From: Candidatus Cloacimonadales bacterium
Lineage (GTDB): Bacteria; Cloacimonadota; Cloacimonadia; Cloacimonadales; JAIOQZ01
Length of the DNA: 64,000 nucleotides
Reading direction: 5' to 3'
Assembly: GCA_963662655.2 (NCBI GenBank)
Contig: CAXXTU010000002.1
Location: 2,112,001 to 2,176,000, forward strand
The notes beneath the pieces are model-generated. The model saw only the letters and a list, made by a program, of their open reading frames with translations, was not told the DNA's origin and ran no database searches. Below, in pieces: positions 1 to 9,400 of this stretch; position 1 is the stretch's first letter, and the number at the start of each line of letters is the position of its first letter. A program made the position numbers and the translations under genes.

Positions 1-1184
1 GGATCCGAGAATGTCTCGAAACCGGGGTAGTTCTCGTCCGGATACTCGATAAGCGAGAATACGAACAGGTAGTCTCCCATCATTTCGGGATCGATCGGAA
101 CATTGATACGATTATCTTCATCCTGGATAGCCCACGCACCGTTTTCATCCTGAGTCATATCAACATAGCAGGTTTTCACGGATGTGTAGGGGTAGGCCGT
201 CGGACGTGTAAAAATGCGCTGGGCAGGATTCTCCACCGGATTCTCGATCTCGGGGATCACTGCGCTTGTATCGATCTTGCTCGCCAGAAGGTTCTTTTCC
301 TGCTGTTTCAACTGAGCGACATACTGCTGGAATACCGGCAGGTCGTCCTTGTGCATCATGTACACGTTGTGGGAACGGATATCGTCGTTGTTCAGCGGAA
401 GCGACCACTCGAACTGCAAGCGGTGGATGTCGTTCACGTATACCGAGTAAAATTCCTTCGTTTTCTCCGGTGCGTTGTTTCGCGGCGTCCCGGCCTGCGG
501 TTCGCAATACGGGAGGAACTTACCGGTTTGGTCCACTGCAAGGACCGTGTACAGGTACTCGTGATCGGGGATCAGTTTCTTGTACATGGTAAGCTGGCGA
601 ATTGCCAGCCCTGCGTAGGTCTCGATTTCAGGCCCTTCGTCTTCTTCTTCGCCCTCACCTTCTTCCAGATCGCCTTCAGCCTCTTCTTCAGCGGGAGCTT
701 CGCGCTCGATCTTGGTGGTGTGGTAGTAGAATTCCTTCTTGGGGATAACGCCCAGTATTCGATAGTGCTTCAGCATGGGACCGGTTATCGAAAGGTCCTT
801 GGGCAGTTCCTGGTAAAGCGGACTATCTGGCGCTTGCTGTTTTTCCTTTTTCAGCTTGCCGGACGCCCGGACATCCAGGAAATAATTGTAGCTTTTGTCG
901 TAGAAATACATACGATCAGAAGCCACGCCTGTCTTGGGGTTGACAGGAATGCGTCCGATATAGAACAGCGAATCGCTGCTTATACCTCGATACACCCTGT
1001 ACTCAATGATTCGCGCTTCTTTGGGAAGCGGCTCCCAACTGATCTGCAACCCCGTGCCGTCATCGTCGGCAACATCCTCCACCACAAGATTCTGAACTTT
1101 CATGTCTTGTGCTGCAAGTGGGATCCAGAGCAGTACCAGGAGTGTTGATAGAAACAAGCCGGATAAGAACCGTCGTACAATCAT
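1..1184 (-). CDS. Secreted/membrane FN3-like domain protein, partial (runs off the left edge; not in the ORF track)
   Basis: AAGGAG RBS, then ATG at 1184. Open frame MIVRRFLSGLFLSTLLVLLWIPLAAQDMKVQNLVVEDVADDDGTGLQISWEPLP...EYRVYRG, with signal peptide, FN3-like strands and an acidic linker (EEEAEGDLEEGEGEEEDE). No stop before position 1. Confidence 0.8.
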   Translation of the reverse strand, partial: MIVRRFLSGLFLSTLLVLLWIPLAAQDMKVQNLVVEDVADDDGTGLQISWEPLPKEARIIEYRVYRGISSDSLFYIGRIPVNPKTGVASDRMYFYDKSYNYFLDVRASGKLKKEKQQAPDSPLYQELPKDLSITGPMLKHYRILGVIPKKEFYYHTTKIEREAPAEEEAEGDLEEGEGEEEDEGPEIETYAGLAIRQLTMYKKLIPDHEYLYTVLAVDQTGKFLPYCEPQAGTPRNNAPEKTKEFYSVYVNDIHRLQFEWSLPLNNDDIRSHNVYMMHKDDLPVFQQYVAQLKQQEKNLLASKIDTSAVIPEIENPVENPAQRIFTRPTAYPYTSVKTCYVDMTQDENGAWAIQDEDNRINVPIDPEMMGDYLFVFSLIEYPDENYPGFETFSD

Positions 1185-1402
1185 CACTCATTCTCCTTGT
1201 CTGTTATCTATGCTATGTGTTATAAAAAACATTCTAATTGCAGGACTTATCAAATGGTATACCTCCGTTACCCAGATACTTTTTTTTCAGTATATTAAGA
1301 CTTCACTTTTTCAGGCAAACAGCAACCTTGTCAAATGATTTTCAAGATTTGCATCAATATGCAGTTAAAAATATGCCGAACTCCGAAGCCCCATTTCACT
1401 AA

Positions 1403-1419
1403 TGCAATGCACGTGCCAA
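1403..1419 (-). promoter_or_regulatory. Putative sigma-54 (-24/-12) promoter facing the 1..1184 gene
   Basis: Minus strand TTGGCAC-GTGCA-TTGCA matches TGGCAC-N5-TTGC(A/T) exactly. Confidence 0.55.
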
Positions 1420-1562
1420 TCTGAATCCACGCGCACATATATATATAAGAATGTAGAACGCGCCACACTCATCGCAGGAATGGCATCTCTTTGATTGACA
1501 CTTTGGTGGGCCTTCGAACTCTTGACCGCAAATAAAAATATTCATGAAAAGGTGGTTTTACA

Positions 1563-3143
1563 ATGATCTACATAGACGGACGCTCTCTCACACTGGATCA
1601 GATTCGAAGCGTAGCGCGCGACCGCGAGCAGGTAGCGCTGACCGATGAAGCGAAGAAGCGCGTACAGCGCTGTCGCGATGAGGTCGATCGCATTATCCGC
1701 GACAAGAAAGTTGTTTACGGAATCAATACCGGCTTCGGCGCACTCAAGGATAAGCGGATTCCGGCCGACAAGCTGCGCCAGTTACAGCGCAATCTGATTA
1801 TCAGCCACTCAACCGGCGTAGGCAAGTACCTCCCCGTCGATGTGGTTAGAGCCATGATGCTTCTCCGCGCCAATTCACTTTCCAGCGGATTTTCGGGCAT
1901 CCGGCTCACCACGCTGCAAACGCTGATCGACATGCTGAACAAAGGCGTTCATCCGGCGGTTCCCGAACAGGGTTCTGTGGGCGCGAGCGGGGACCTCGCT
2001 CCACTGTCGCATATCGCGCTCGTGATGACGCGCGACGAGAGCGAAGACTGCGTGGAATGCAGTGGGCGTGTGATCATTGAGGAAAACCGGCATCGCGACG
2101 ACTTCCGGGTCAAGACCGTCACCGGCTACGAAGCCATGCACAACGCGGGTATTGATCGCGTTGTCCTGGATGCGAAAGAGGGACTCGCCCTCAACAACGG
2201 AACCAACATGATGACCGCCGTTGCCGTTTTGGCCGTCTGCGATGCAAAGGTATTGCTCAATAACGCGGTGAAGATTTTCACTGCCTCGCTGGAGGCCCTG
2301 CGCGGCGTTTCGGACGCGTATCATCCGCGTATCCACGAGCTCCGCCGCCAGAAGGGACAGCAGCTTATCGCCCAGCAGGTGCGCGAAAACTATTCCGGCA
2401 GCAAATTGATCGATTCCAGACAGGGTGAAGTGCAAGACAGCTATTCTCTCCGGTGCTTCCCGCAGGTCGTGGGGCCCATCAAGGCGACGATCGATCTCGT
2501 GATGCCCATAATCGAACGGGAAGCGAACGCCGTAACCGACAATCCGCTCATCATTCCCGATGCGGAAGACGGCAAGACATTCCTCTCGGGCGGTAACTTC
2601 CACGGCGAACCCATCGCGCTCGCAAGCGATTACATGAAAATCGCCATGGCGGAACTGGGCAACATCTCCGAGAGACGCATCTTCAAGCTGACCTCGCAGT
2701 ACATCAGCCACGGGCTCCCCAGCATGCTCACCAGCGACCCCGGTCTGCAAAGCGGCGTGATGATTCTCCAGTACACGGCGGCAGCGCTCGCGTCGGAGAA
2801 CAAGGTGCTCGCCCATCCGGCTTGCGTGGATTCAATCCCCACCAGCGAAGACATGGAAGACCACGTATCCATGGGGCCGATCGCGGCACGACAGTTTCGG
2901 GAAATCCTCGAGAACGTGAAACGCATTATCGCGATCGAATACATCACGGCCTGCCAGGCTCTCGATATGCGTTTGCGCATCGACAAAGAGTTCCACGACC
3001 TGACGGCAGAGGAACTTTTCGGGAAAGAGACGCTCGTCATATACAAAAAACTGCGTGAGAAAGGCGTGGAGTTCTGGGAGACGGACAAAGTCGCTTACAT
3101 CGATATCGAGAAAGCGATCGAGCTTCTGGAGGATGAGCTGTAG
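1563..3143 (+). CDS. hutH: Histidine ammonia-lyase
   Basis: VYGINTGFG; NLIISHSTG (HAL-type SH); MIO motif GSVGASGDLAPLSH; KEGLAL; QDSYSLRC; GGNFHG; EDHVSMG. Confidence 0.95.
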   Translation: MIYIDGRSLTLDQIRSVARDREQVALTDEAKKRVQRCRDEVDRIIRDKKVVYGINTGFGALKDKRIPADKLRQLQRNLIISHSTGVGKYLPVDVVRAMMLLRANSLSSGFSGIRLTTLQTLIDMLNKGVHPAVPEQGSVGASGDLAPLSHIALVMTRDESEDCVECSGRVIIEENRHRDDFRVKTVTGYEAMHNAGIDRVVLDAKEGLALNNGTNMMTAVAVLAVCDAKVLLNNAVKIFTASLEALRGVSDAYHPRIHELRRQKGQQLIAQQVRENYSGSKLIDSRQGEVQDSYSLRCFPQVVGPIKATIDLVMPIIEREANAVTDNPLIIPDAEDGKTFLSGGNFHGEPIALASDYMKIAMAELGNISERRIFKLTSQYISHGLPSMLTSDPGLQSGVMILQYTAAALASENKVLAHPACVDSIPTSEDMEDHVSMGPIAARQFREILENVKRIIAIEYITACQALDMRLRIDKEFHDLTAEELFGKETLVIYKKLREKGVEFWETDKVAYIDIEKAIELLEDEL

Positions 3144-3152
3144 GCGTTACGT

Positions 3153-3371
3153 CTATTTTCCGTTTATCAACCGATTCGCATCTTCGGTCATGTTCGGGAA
3201 AAGGTCCATCGGCACTTTTTCCCGACCAAGGCTTTTGAATACCATATAGCGCGCGCAATCCTCGTTACTGCCGAGACAATAGCGCTTCTTCATCATGTCC
3301 GCGATGGACGGCATGTTTTGCATGTTATCGTTGAAAAAAGGACACTTGGGAAGGCACTCACAGTTTGGCAT
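3153..3371 (-). CDS. Small Cys-rich hypothetical protein, likely metal-binding
   Basis: GAGAGGA RBS; 72 aa with C-x-C-x3-CPFF...YC-x6-CARY...P.DLFPN pattern. Confidence 0.75.
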   Translation of the reverse strand: MPNCECLPKCPFFNDNMQNMPSIADMMKKRYCLGSNEDCARYMVFKSLGREKVPMDLFPNMTEDANRLINGK

Positions 3372-3506
3372 AGCGTATCTCCTCTCAAAGATTAGTATGC
3401 AAAAATATACAACAATCCTGCATGAAACGTCAAAGAATTTTTACATATTAACTATCTTTCACCCAAGAAGCTGTCGCACGATCGAGCCTATACACAGTTA
3501 TCCTCC

Positions 3507-3536
3507 AAAAAAGAAGCCCCGCCAAAAGGCGGGGCT
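3507..3536 (-). terminator. Rho-independent terminator
   Basis: AGCCCCGCC-TTTT-GGCGGGGCT followed by TCTTTTTT on the minus strand. Confidence 0.85.
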
Positions 3537-3672
3537 CAGGAGGTTACTTACAGCTACCTTTTCTCACACTACTACGTTTCTACATCTGTCAGGTTCAAAT
3601 TCACAGATGATCATTGTGGCATTTTGCTTGCATATTCTTCGGAGGATTCAAGCATAACTAAGCCAAATGACA

Positions 3673-5399
3673 CTACTTCAGGAGAATCATTTTATTCACA
3701 TGCGTATAACCGTCCGATTTCATTTTGCAGAAGTAAACGCCACTCGATACCGATTTTCCCCGTTCATCCATACCGTTCCAGACGATCGAATGCGGACCGG
3801 CTTCAAGAACATCGCTTACAAGCGTTTTCACTTTCTGACCCTTCAGGTTATACACTTCCAATTCGACTTTAGACTTATTCGCAAGACTGAATTTGATATT
3901 CGTTTCGGGGTTGAAGGGATTGGGGTAGTTACCGTAGAGGCTTGTTACCGCAGACACGGCTTCGTCGTTCGCACCCATTCCGTGATAAGTGAACTGGTAT
4001 GTATCGATCGGAGACTTACCGACTACATATACGGCCTCGATGCCAACCTCATACGTCTCACCGGGCGTCAAACCCAGCAGTTCATAATCGAACTCCGTAT
4101 CGGGATACAAGTCCAAATCAACAACAGTAATAGCCTCTTCACTCACCGTAATCATCTCGTAACAGACGGTTTCAACCAGTATTTCATCGACGAAGATATT
4201 GTAATACATCGGGAAGTACTTGGGGGCCTGACTGAAGTCGTCGCTACCATTGGTCTGATACCACCAGGTTGCATTAAACTGCTGCATGACTTCCCAAGGT
4301 GTTTCTATGAGCGCATAGTTATCGAGGTGCTGGAACACACCATAATGATCGGTCGACGTATTATGGTAAACGGCGAAATCGCCAAATCCGTCCGGGCTTG
4401 TGTCCTTGTCCCACAGTGCGATATGTTCACTTCCATAACTCAACGTTGAAGCATCGGTGAGTTGATTGATATTCGTAGCCGGGGATGCCGCGTGTAATGT
4501 TGATCCGCAGCATACCGAGTTATACATCCATATCCTCTCGTGGTCGATGGGACCTTCGTGAATCCAGGAGGCCGCGCCCCACAGGAGCTGCACGGAATCT
4601 TCATCATCCCCGAACGATGCCGGTATAGGATCACCTTCATAGGGCCAGAGAAAACCCCACATAATCGGCGCTCCCATGTGCATAATGGTACCGCCGATGA
4701 TATCGCCCTGCCCGGGATTGCGCCAGCTCATTGTCCCTTCCGTTTGGTTGAAACTAACATCGGCAGCCGATTCCAGTTCATGAAAGTACATCTCGTAGCG
4801 CGCTGCCGGCCGCATCATGGCTGAGACACTTCCGTCGCTGTAGTTAACGGATATCCCAACATAGTAGTTCTCTCCGTATTCCAAGTCCGTGAGCAACCAC
4901 GTGAGATCGGTCGTATTCGCCAGAAATACACCATTCAGTGAGATGTCGTAGGAGATGGGTTGCGGCGCGTCTTCGCTGACAGTCTCAGGCGCTTCCCACA
5001 CCATTTGCGAGGACAATCCGTCATAGTTGTTGGTAAACACGACTTCGTCCGGATTCGGGTAAAACGGATTGCTCAGATAGATGTCAATTGTGGTTATCTC
5101 CGATTCCCACTATTGTATACTGCTTGCACACCAATCGTGTGAACCATGTTTTGTGTGAAATCTGAATACGAGAATTTATGACCAGTGATGTAATATGCTT
5201 CTTCCATTTGGTCGTCCCAATACGCATTGACACTCAATACACTGTCGGCCGACTCAAACGTCCAGGTGGCGATCACATTACCGCACCCTCCGTCGGGATA
5301 GAAGTATGCTCGAACGGATTGAATCTCGGGCGCTTCATACTGCGCAAAAAGACCGACTACCAGGATTAAAAAGACCAGAGACAAGTAGATTCTTCTCAT
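3673..5399 (-). pseudogene. Secreted FN3 + FlgD/T9SS-like CTD protein split by a 1-nt frameshift (ORFs 5094..5399 and 3673..5040)
   Basis: The upstream part carries the signal peptide; the downstream part ends NYPNPFNPET...KMILLK. Adding one G to the GGG run at 5106-5108 joins them as AVYNSG-ESEITTIDIY. Confidence 0.8.
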
Positions 5400-6256
5400 T
5401 TTTCACCTTCCTTTGCATTAGTAGATTCTAAGCTCATTTTGTACTCGTCGTATGTCATCGAGCTTTCCCAGTACATTTCGAAAATTAAACTGATGGTTTT
5501 AGCCAAATTACTATCGTCCATGAAAGTGAACGTACTATCATTATTTTTCCCGGGATTCTTTCCCAACGTGAATATAATCCTCTGATGATCAAAGATGACA
5601 AATTTCATGGGCAGATACTTAGCGACTCTGACATCCTCGCCACTTTGTAAACCGAAGCGTAACAGCTTGAGGAAATTCTCATTCTCATGATCGATTTCAT
5701 ACACTGTTCTGTGGCGAACCCCACGCTCGGTACTCTTGTTCTGGCTTTGACATGATACTTCTAAGTTTTCGACATCCATGAGGTATGGAGGTTTGCTGAA
5801 TGCCAGAACTTCCGTGTTTGCCTCAGCTTCGTATTTCGATAGCGTATCAAGAATATGAGCCCTCGAATGCAGCACTTTGATCATCTCGTTCTTTGCATTA
5901 CTTGATCGCGCCTCGAAGATAGGGGTCAATGTGCTTTCTAGTTTTTTGATAAAGTCAATCTTCAGACTCAATTCATCCATTGTAGCTTCGAATGCCAGCG
6001 ACGGCTCTATAGCCCGATACTTCCTTACCGTATCACTGATCTCGATGCAGAAGCCTCGTGAAACGAGCTTCTTCAACATCCCATATACATACGATCGATT
6101 GATTCTCAATGCCTCCGCCAAAGTAGATGCGGAGAGGTCTTGCTCTAGAAGAAGATAATATGCAGTGGCTTCTGGCTCGGTCAAGCTCAGGTGCTCTTGC
6201 ATTTTTGCGATTATTTTTTCTTTGTTCATTTTACTCATGGGCCAATAATCATTCAT
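5396..6256 (-). CDS. TrmB-family transcriptional regulator (start may be 6238 or 6229)
   Basis: N-terminal wHTH (LTEPEATAY...SASTLAEAL.INRSYVYGMLKKLVSRG...YRAIEP) and PLD-like effector domain (MKFVIFD); stop overlaps the next start (ATGA). Confidence 0.85.
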   Translation of the reverse strand: MNDYWPMSKMNKEKIIAKMQEHLSLTEPEATAYYLLLEQDLSASTLAEALRINRSYVYGMLKKLVSRGFCIEISDTVRKYRAIEPSLAFEATMDELSLKIDFIKKLESTLTPIFEARSSNAKNEMIKVLHSRAHILDTLSKYEAEANTEVLAFSKPPYLMDVENLEVSCQSQNKSTERGVRHRTVYEIDHENENFLKLLRFGLQSGEDVRVAKYLPMKFVIFDHQRIIFTLGKNPGKNNDSTFTFMDDSNLAKTISLIFEMYWESSMTYDEYKMSLESTNAKEGEK

Positions 6257-6446
6257 AAAATCTCCTTGTCAATATTTTTGTTTCATCAGGAGACAAAATT
6301 TTTTATCCACGATCAGTTATATCCTGCTCGTGACGGCACTACACATATTTAAAAAAATGATTGACTCTCATCGCTTAATGATCCATGATTGTGTAAATAC
6401 AAGAAATAAAAATAGGATATTGTTAGATTCCCAATGGAGGCTCAAG

Positions 6447-9400
6447 ATGGAAAAGGGATTTAGTGTGACATTTTTGCTGTTTGTTTTTTTGGCTTTACCT
6501 GTTACTGCCATGTATGCGGTCAATCATTCAGGTACGATCGGAACCGAAACGTGGGTCGCCCCATACTCCCACTTCATCTTAAGTAACGTTACCATTCCCG
6601 ACGGCGAAACGCTGACGATCGAAGCAGGAGCGAGCGTGAGGTTTTCCGCAGGGACGAGCCTGATCGTCGAAGGTCGACTCATCGCCGATGGAACCTCACT
6701 GGACGAGATTGTGTTCACCGCCGACGCCACCACTCCGACGGTCGGATTCTGGGATCGCGTCGTCTTCAACGCTGCCGATGAAGGCTGTGTGATAGATCAC
6801 TGCATTTTTCAGTATGGCGGAAACGGGAACGAGATGGTGCAAATCCACAACAGCCTCGATCACATCTCCATCACGAACTCGACATTCGCAAATGCGGATG
6901 GAGACGGATTGTTTCTGTGGGATTCAGGCACCTCCCCTTCCACCCCGCACATCGCGAACTGCAGTTTCTCCGGTAACGACAAATACGGCCTGAACTGCGG
7001 GGCGAGTTACTCCGCGCCCATCATCGCCAATTGCAGCTTCTCCAATAACGAACTCTATGGCATTTGTGCGTTCGCCGCGGGGTTATCGAGCATCACCGGA
7101 ACGATTGCGATGTCCGGTAACGGCACGAATGCGATTCTCGCTCAGGGCGGCAACGTCTCGACGGGAACTTGGGCGGATTACTCTGTCCCGATACACTTGA
7201 GCGGATACACGACCGTCGTTGATGGCGACACGCTTACAATCAACGCCGGATCCGACATCCGCTTTTCCGGCAATCATTACTTGAAAGTCGATGGGGCATT
7301 AATCGCGAACGGTACGTCCGGCAATCACATCAAGTTCTCTTCTGCAAGCGCAGAGCCCAGTCCAGGCGCCTGGCAATATCTGCAATTATACAGGCCCGAG
7401 CCGGGTACGATTATCAACTATTGTGATTTCTCCTATGGCGGATCGACGGGACCCATGCTCTACCTCAACGAGGATAACACGGACGTGACGATTTCCAACT
7501 GCACCTTTTCACACAGCCATGATCGTGGCATCTATATTTATGATACGGGGTCACCCGCATCAAACCCGACCATTTCGAACTGCTCCGTACAGTATTGCGG
7601 AACGACAGGAATCGAAGCGAGTGGAAGCTTTGCTCTTCCCTGGATTTCCGATTGCTCCGTCTCATATTGCGGTTCATACCCAATTCGTGTCAACGCTACG
7701 GGGTTGAGCCGTCTGACGGGGAATATCTACGGCAATTCAAACGGAAATGACGGTATCCTAGTAGATGGAGGGAGCGTTACCACCGGAACCTGGAACAAAA
7801 TGGGATTCCCGTATTACATGAACGGCAGCGTGACGGTTGTTAACGGAAACACGCTTACAATCGAAGCCGGAACGCAGCTTCTGTACGTTTCCGATTCCTA
7901 TTTCAATGTGGAGGGAGCTCTTGTAGCCAACGGTACGGAATCACAGCGCATCGTGTTCTCGTCCGGGCATTCGAGTCCGAATCCCGGAGACTGGAAATAC
8001 CTCGGTTTCAGCAATGCAGACGCGGGGACTTCCCTTTCCTGGTGCGAGATCAAGTACGCTGGATCGAGCAACGCCAACCTGTTCTTCAACAACGGGCCCA
8101 ACGATTTCACTGTGTCGAATTGTTATATTTCAAACAGCCAAAGCAGCGGAGTTATGCTGAACGACTACTACGCGACTCCGTCGTGTCCGACCTTTTCCAA
8201 TTGCACCATTACCGACAACGCAGGATTCGGGATCGATTGCGCTCAAGGTCTGTCGATTCCGTACATTCAGGATTGCACCATAACCAATAACGGTTTGTAC
8301 TCGATCTACGCCTGGGCCTCCGGCGTCGCACGGATTACCGGCAATAATGTTTTAACGGGCAATAATCCCGACGGAATTTTCCTGAACGGAGGATCGACGG
8401 AGACAACGACCTGGTACAATTTCGGCGCACCGTACTATCTCAACAGCAATATAACGATCGAAAATGGAGACACCCTTACGGTCGAGCCCGGAACAGAATT
8501 CAAGTTCGTCAGCCAAAGCTATATCGAAGTGCAGGGAACCTTGATCGCGGACGGCACCCCCGAATCTCACATCGTGTTCACCTCCGCATCCGCATCCCCG
8601 AGTCCTGGCGACTGGAAATTCATCTATTTCAACAATGCAGAACCCAATTCCAGGTTGGATTATTGCGATATCTCTTACGGTGGCAACAGCCAGGGTAACC
8701 TGTATTTCCACAACGGTCCCAACGAGGTGACAGTATCCAACAGCACAATTTCGCATAGTCATTCGGCTGGCGTCAGGCTGAACGATCACTATACCACCGC
8801 CTCCTGCCCAACGTTTTCCAACTGTGATATCAGCGACAACGCGAGCTATGGCATCGATTGCAGTTCGAGCTCATCGTATCCGTACATCGAAAACTGCTCC
8901 TTCGACAACAACGGTTCCTACACGATGCGAGTCTACGCGAACGGTGTGAATCGAATCTCGGGAAGCATCACCTCTTCGGGCTGCAACCCCGATGGAATCA
9001 TGGTCGATTCGGCATCCATTGGCACGATGACCTGGCCGAAATACGATTTCCCCTATTACATCGCGGGAAGCCTCCTGGTAGGTGACGGCTCGACACTCAC
9101 GATACTTCCGGGAACGCAATTTCTCTTCCTCGGCAACTACGAATTGCGTGTCGACGGCGCCCTGATCGCCGATGGAACCCCGGAAGAACACATCGTCTTC
9201 ACCTCCGCGCAAGCGAGTCCCGAACCGGGCAACTGGCGTTATCTCTATTTCTATCAGGCAGATGCGGGGACCGTTCTTGACTACTGCGATTTATCCTACG
9301 GAGGATCGAGCAACGGAGCATTATATATCCATAATGGACCCAATGAGTTCCCGATAACCAACTGCAGCATCGTCAACAGCGCTACAAACGGAATACGAAT

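Noticed and set aside
351..1148. 265-aa plus-strand ORF and other long antisense ORFs (e.g. 3667..4449, 17367..18587, 23377..25110)
   Set aside because: Shadow frames opposite well-supported genes; no RBS or recognisable motifs.
3617..3632. Sigma-54-like TGGCAT-N5-TTGCA on the plus strand
   Set aside because: Points into the 3' end of a minus-strand gene with no credible sense ORF; possibly chance, though antisense transcription is not excluded.
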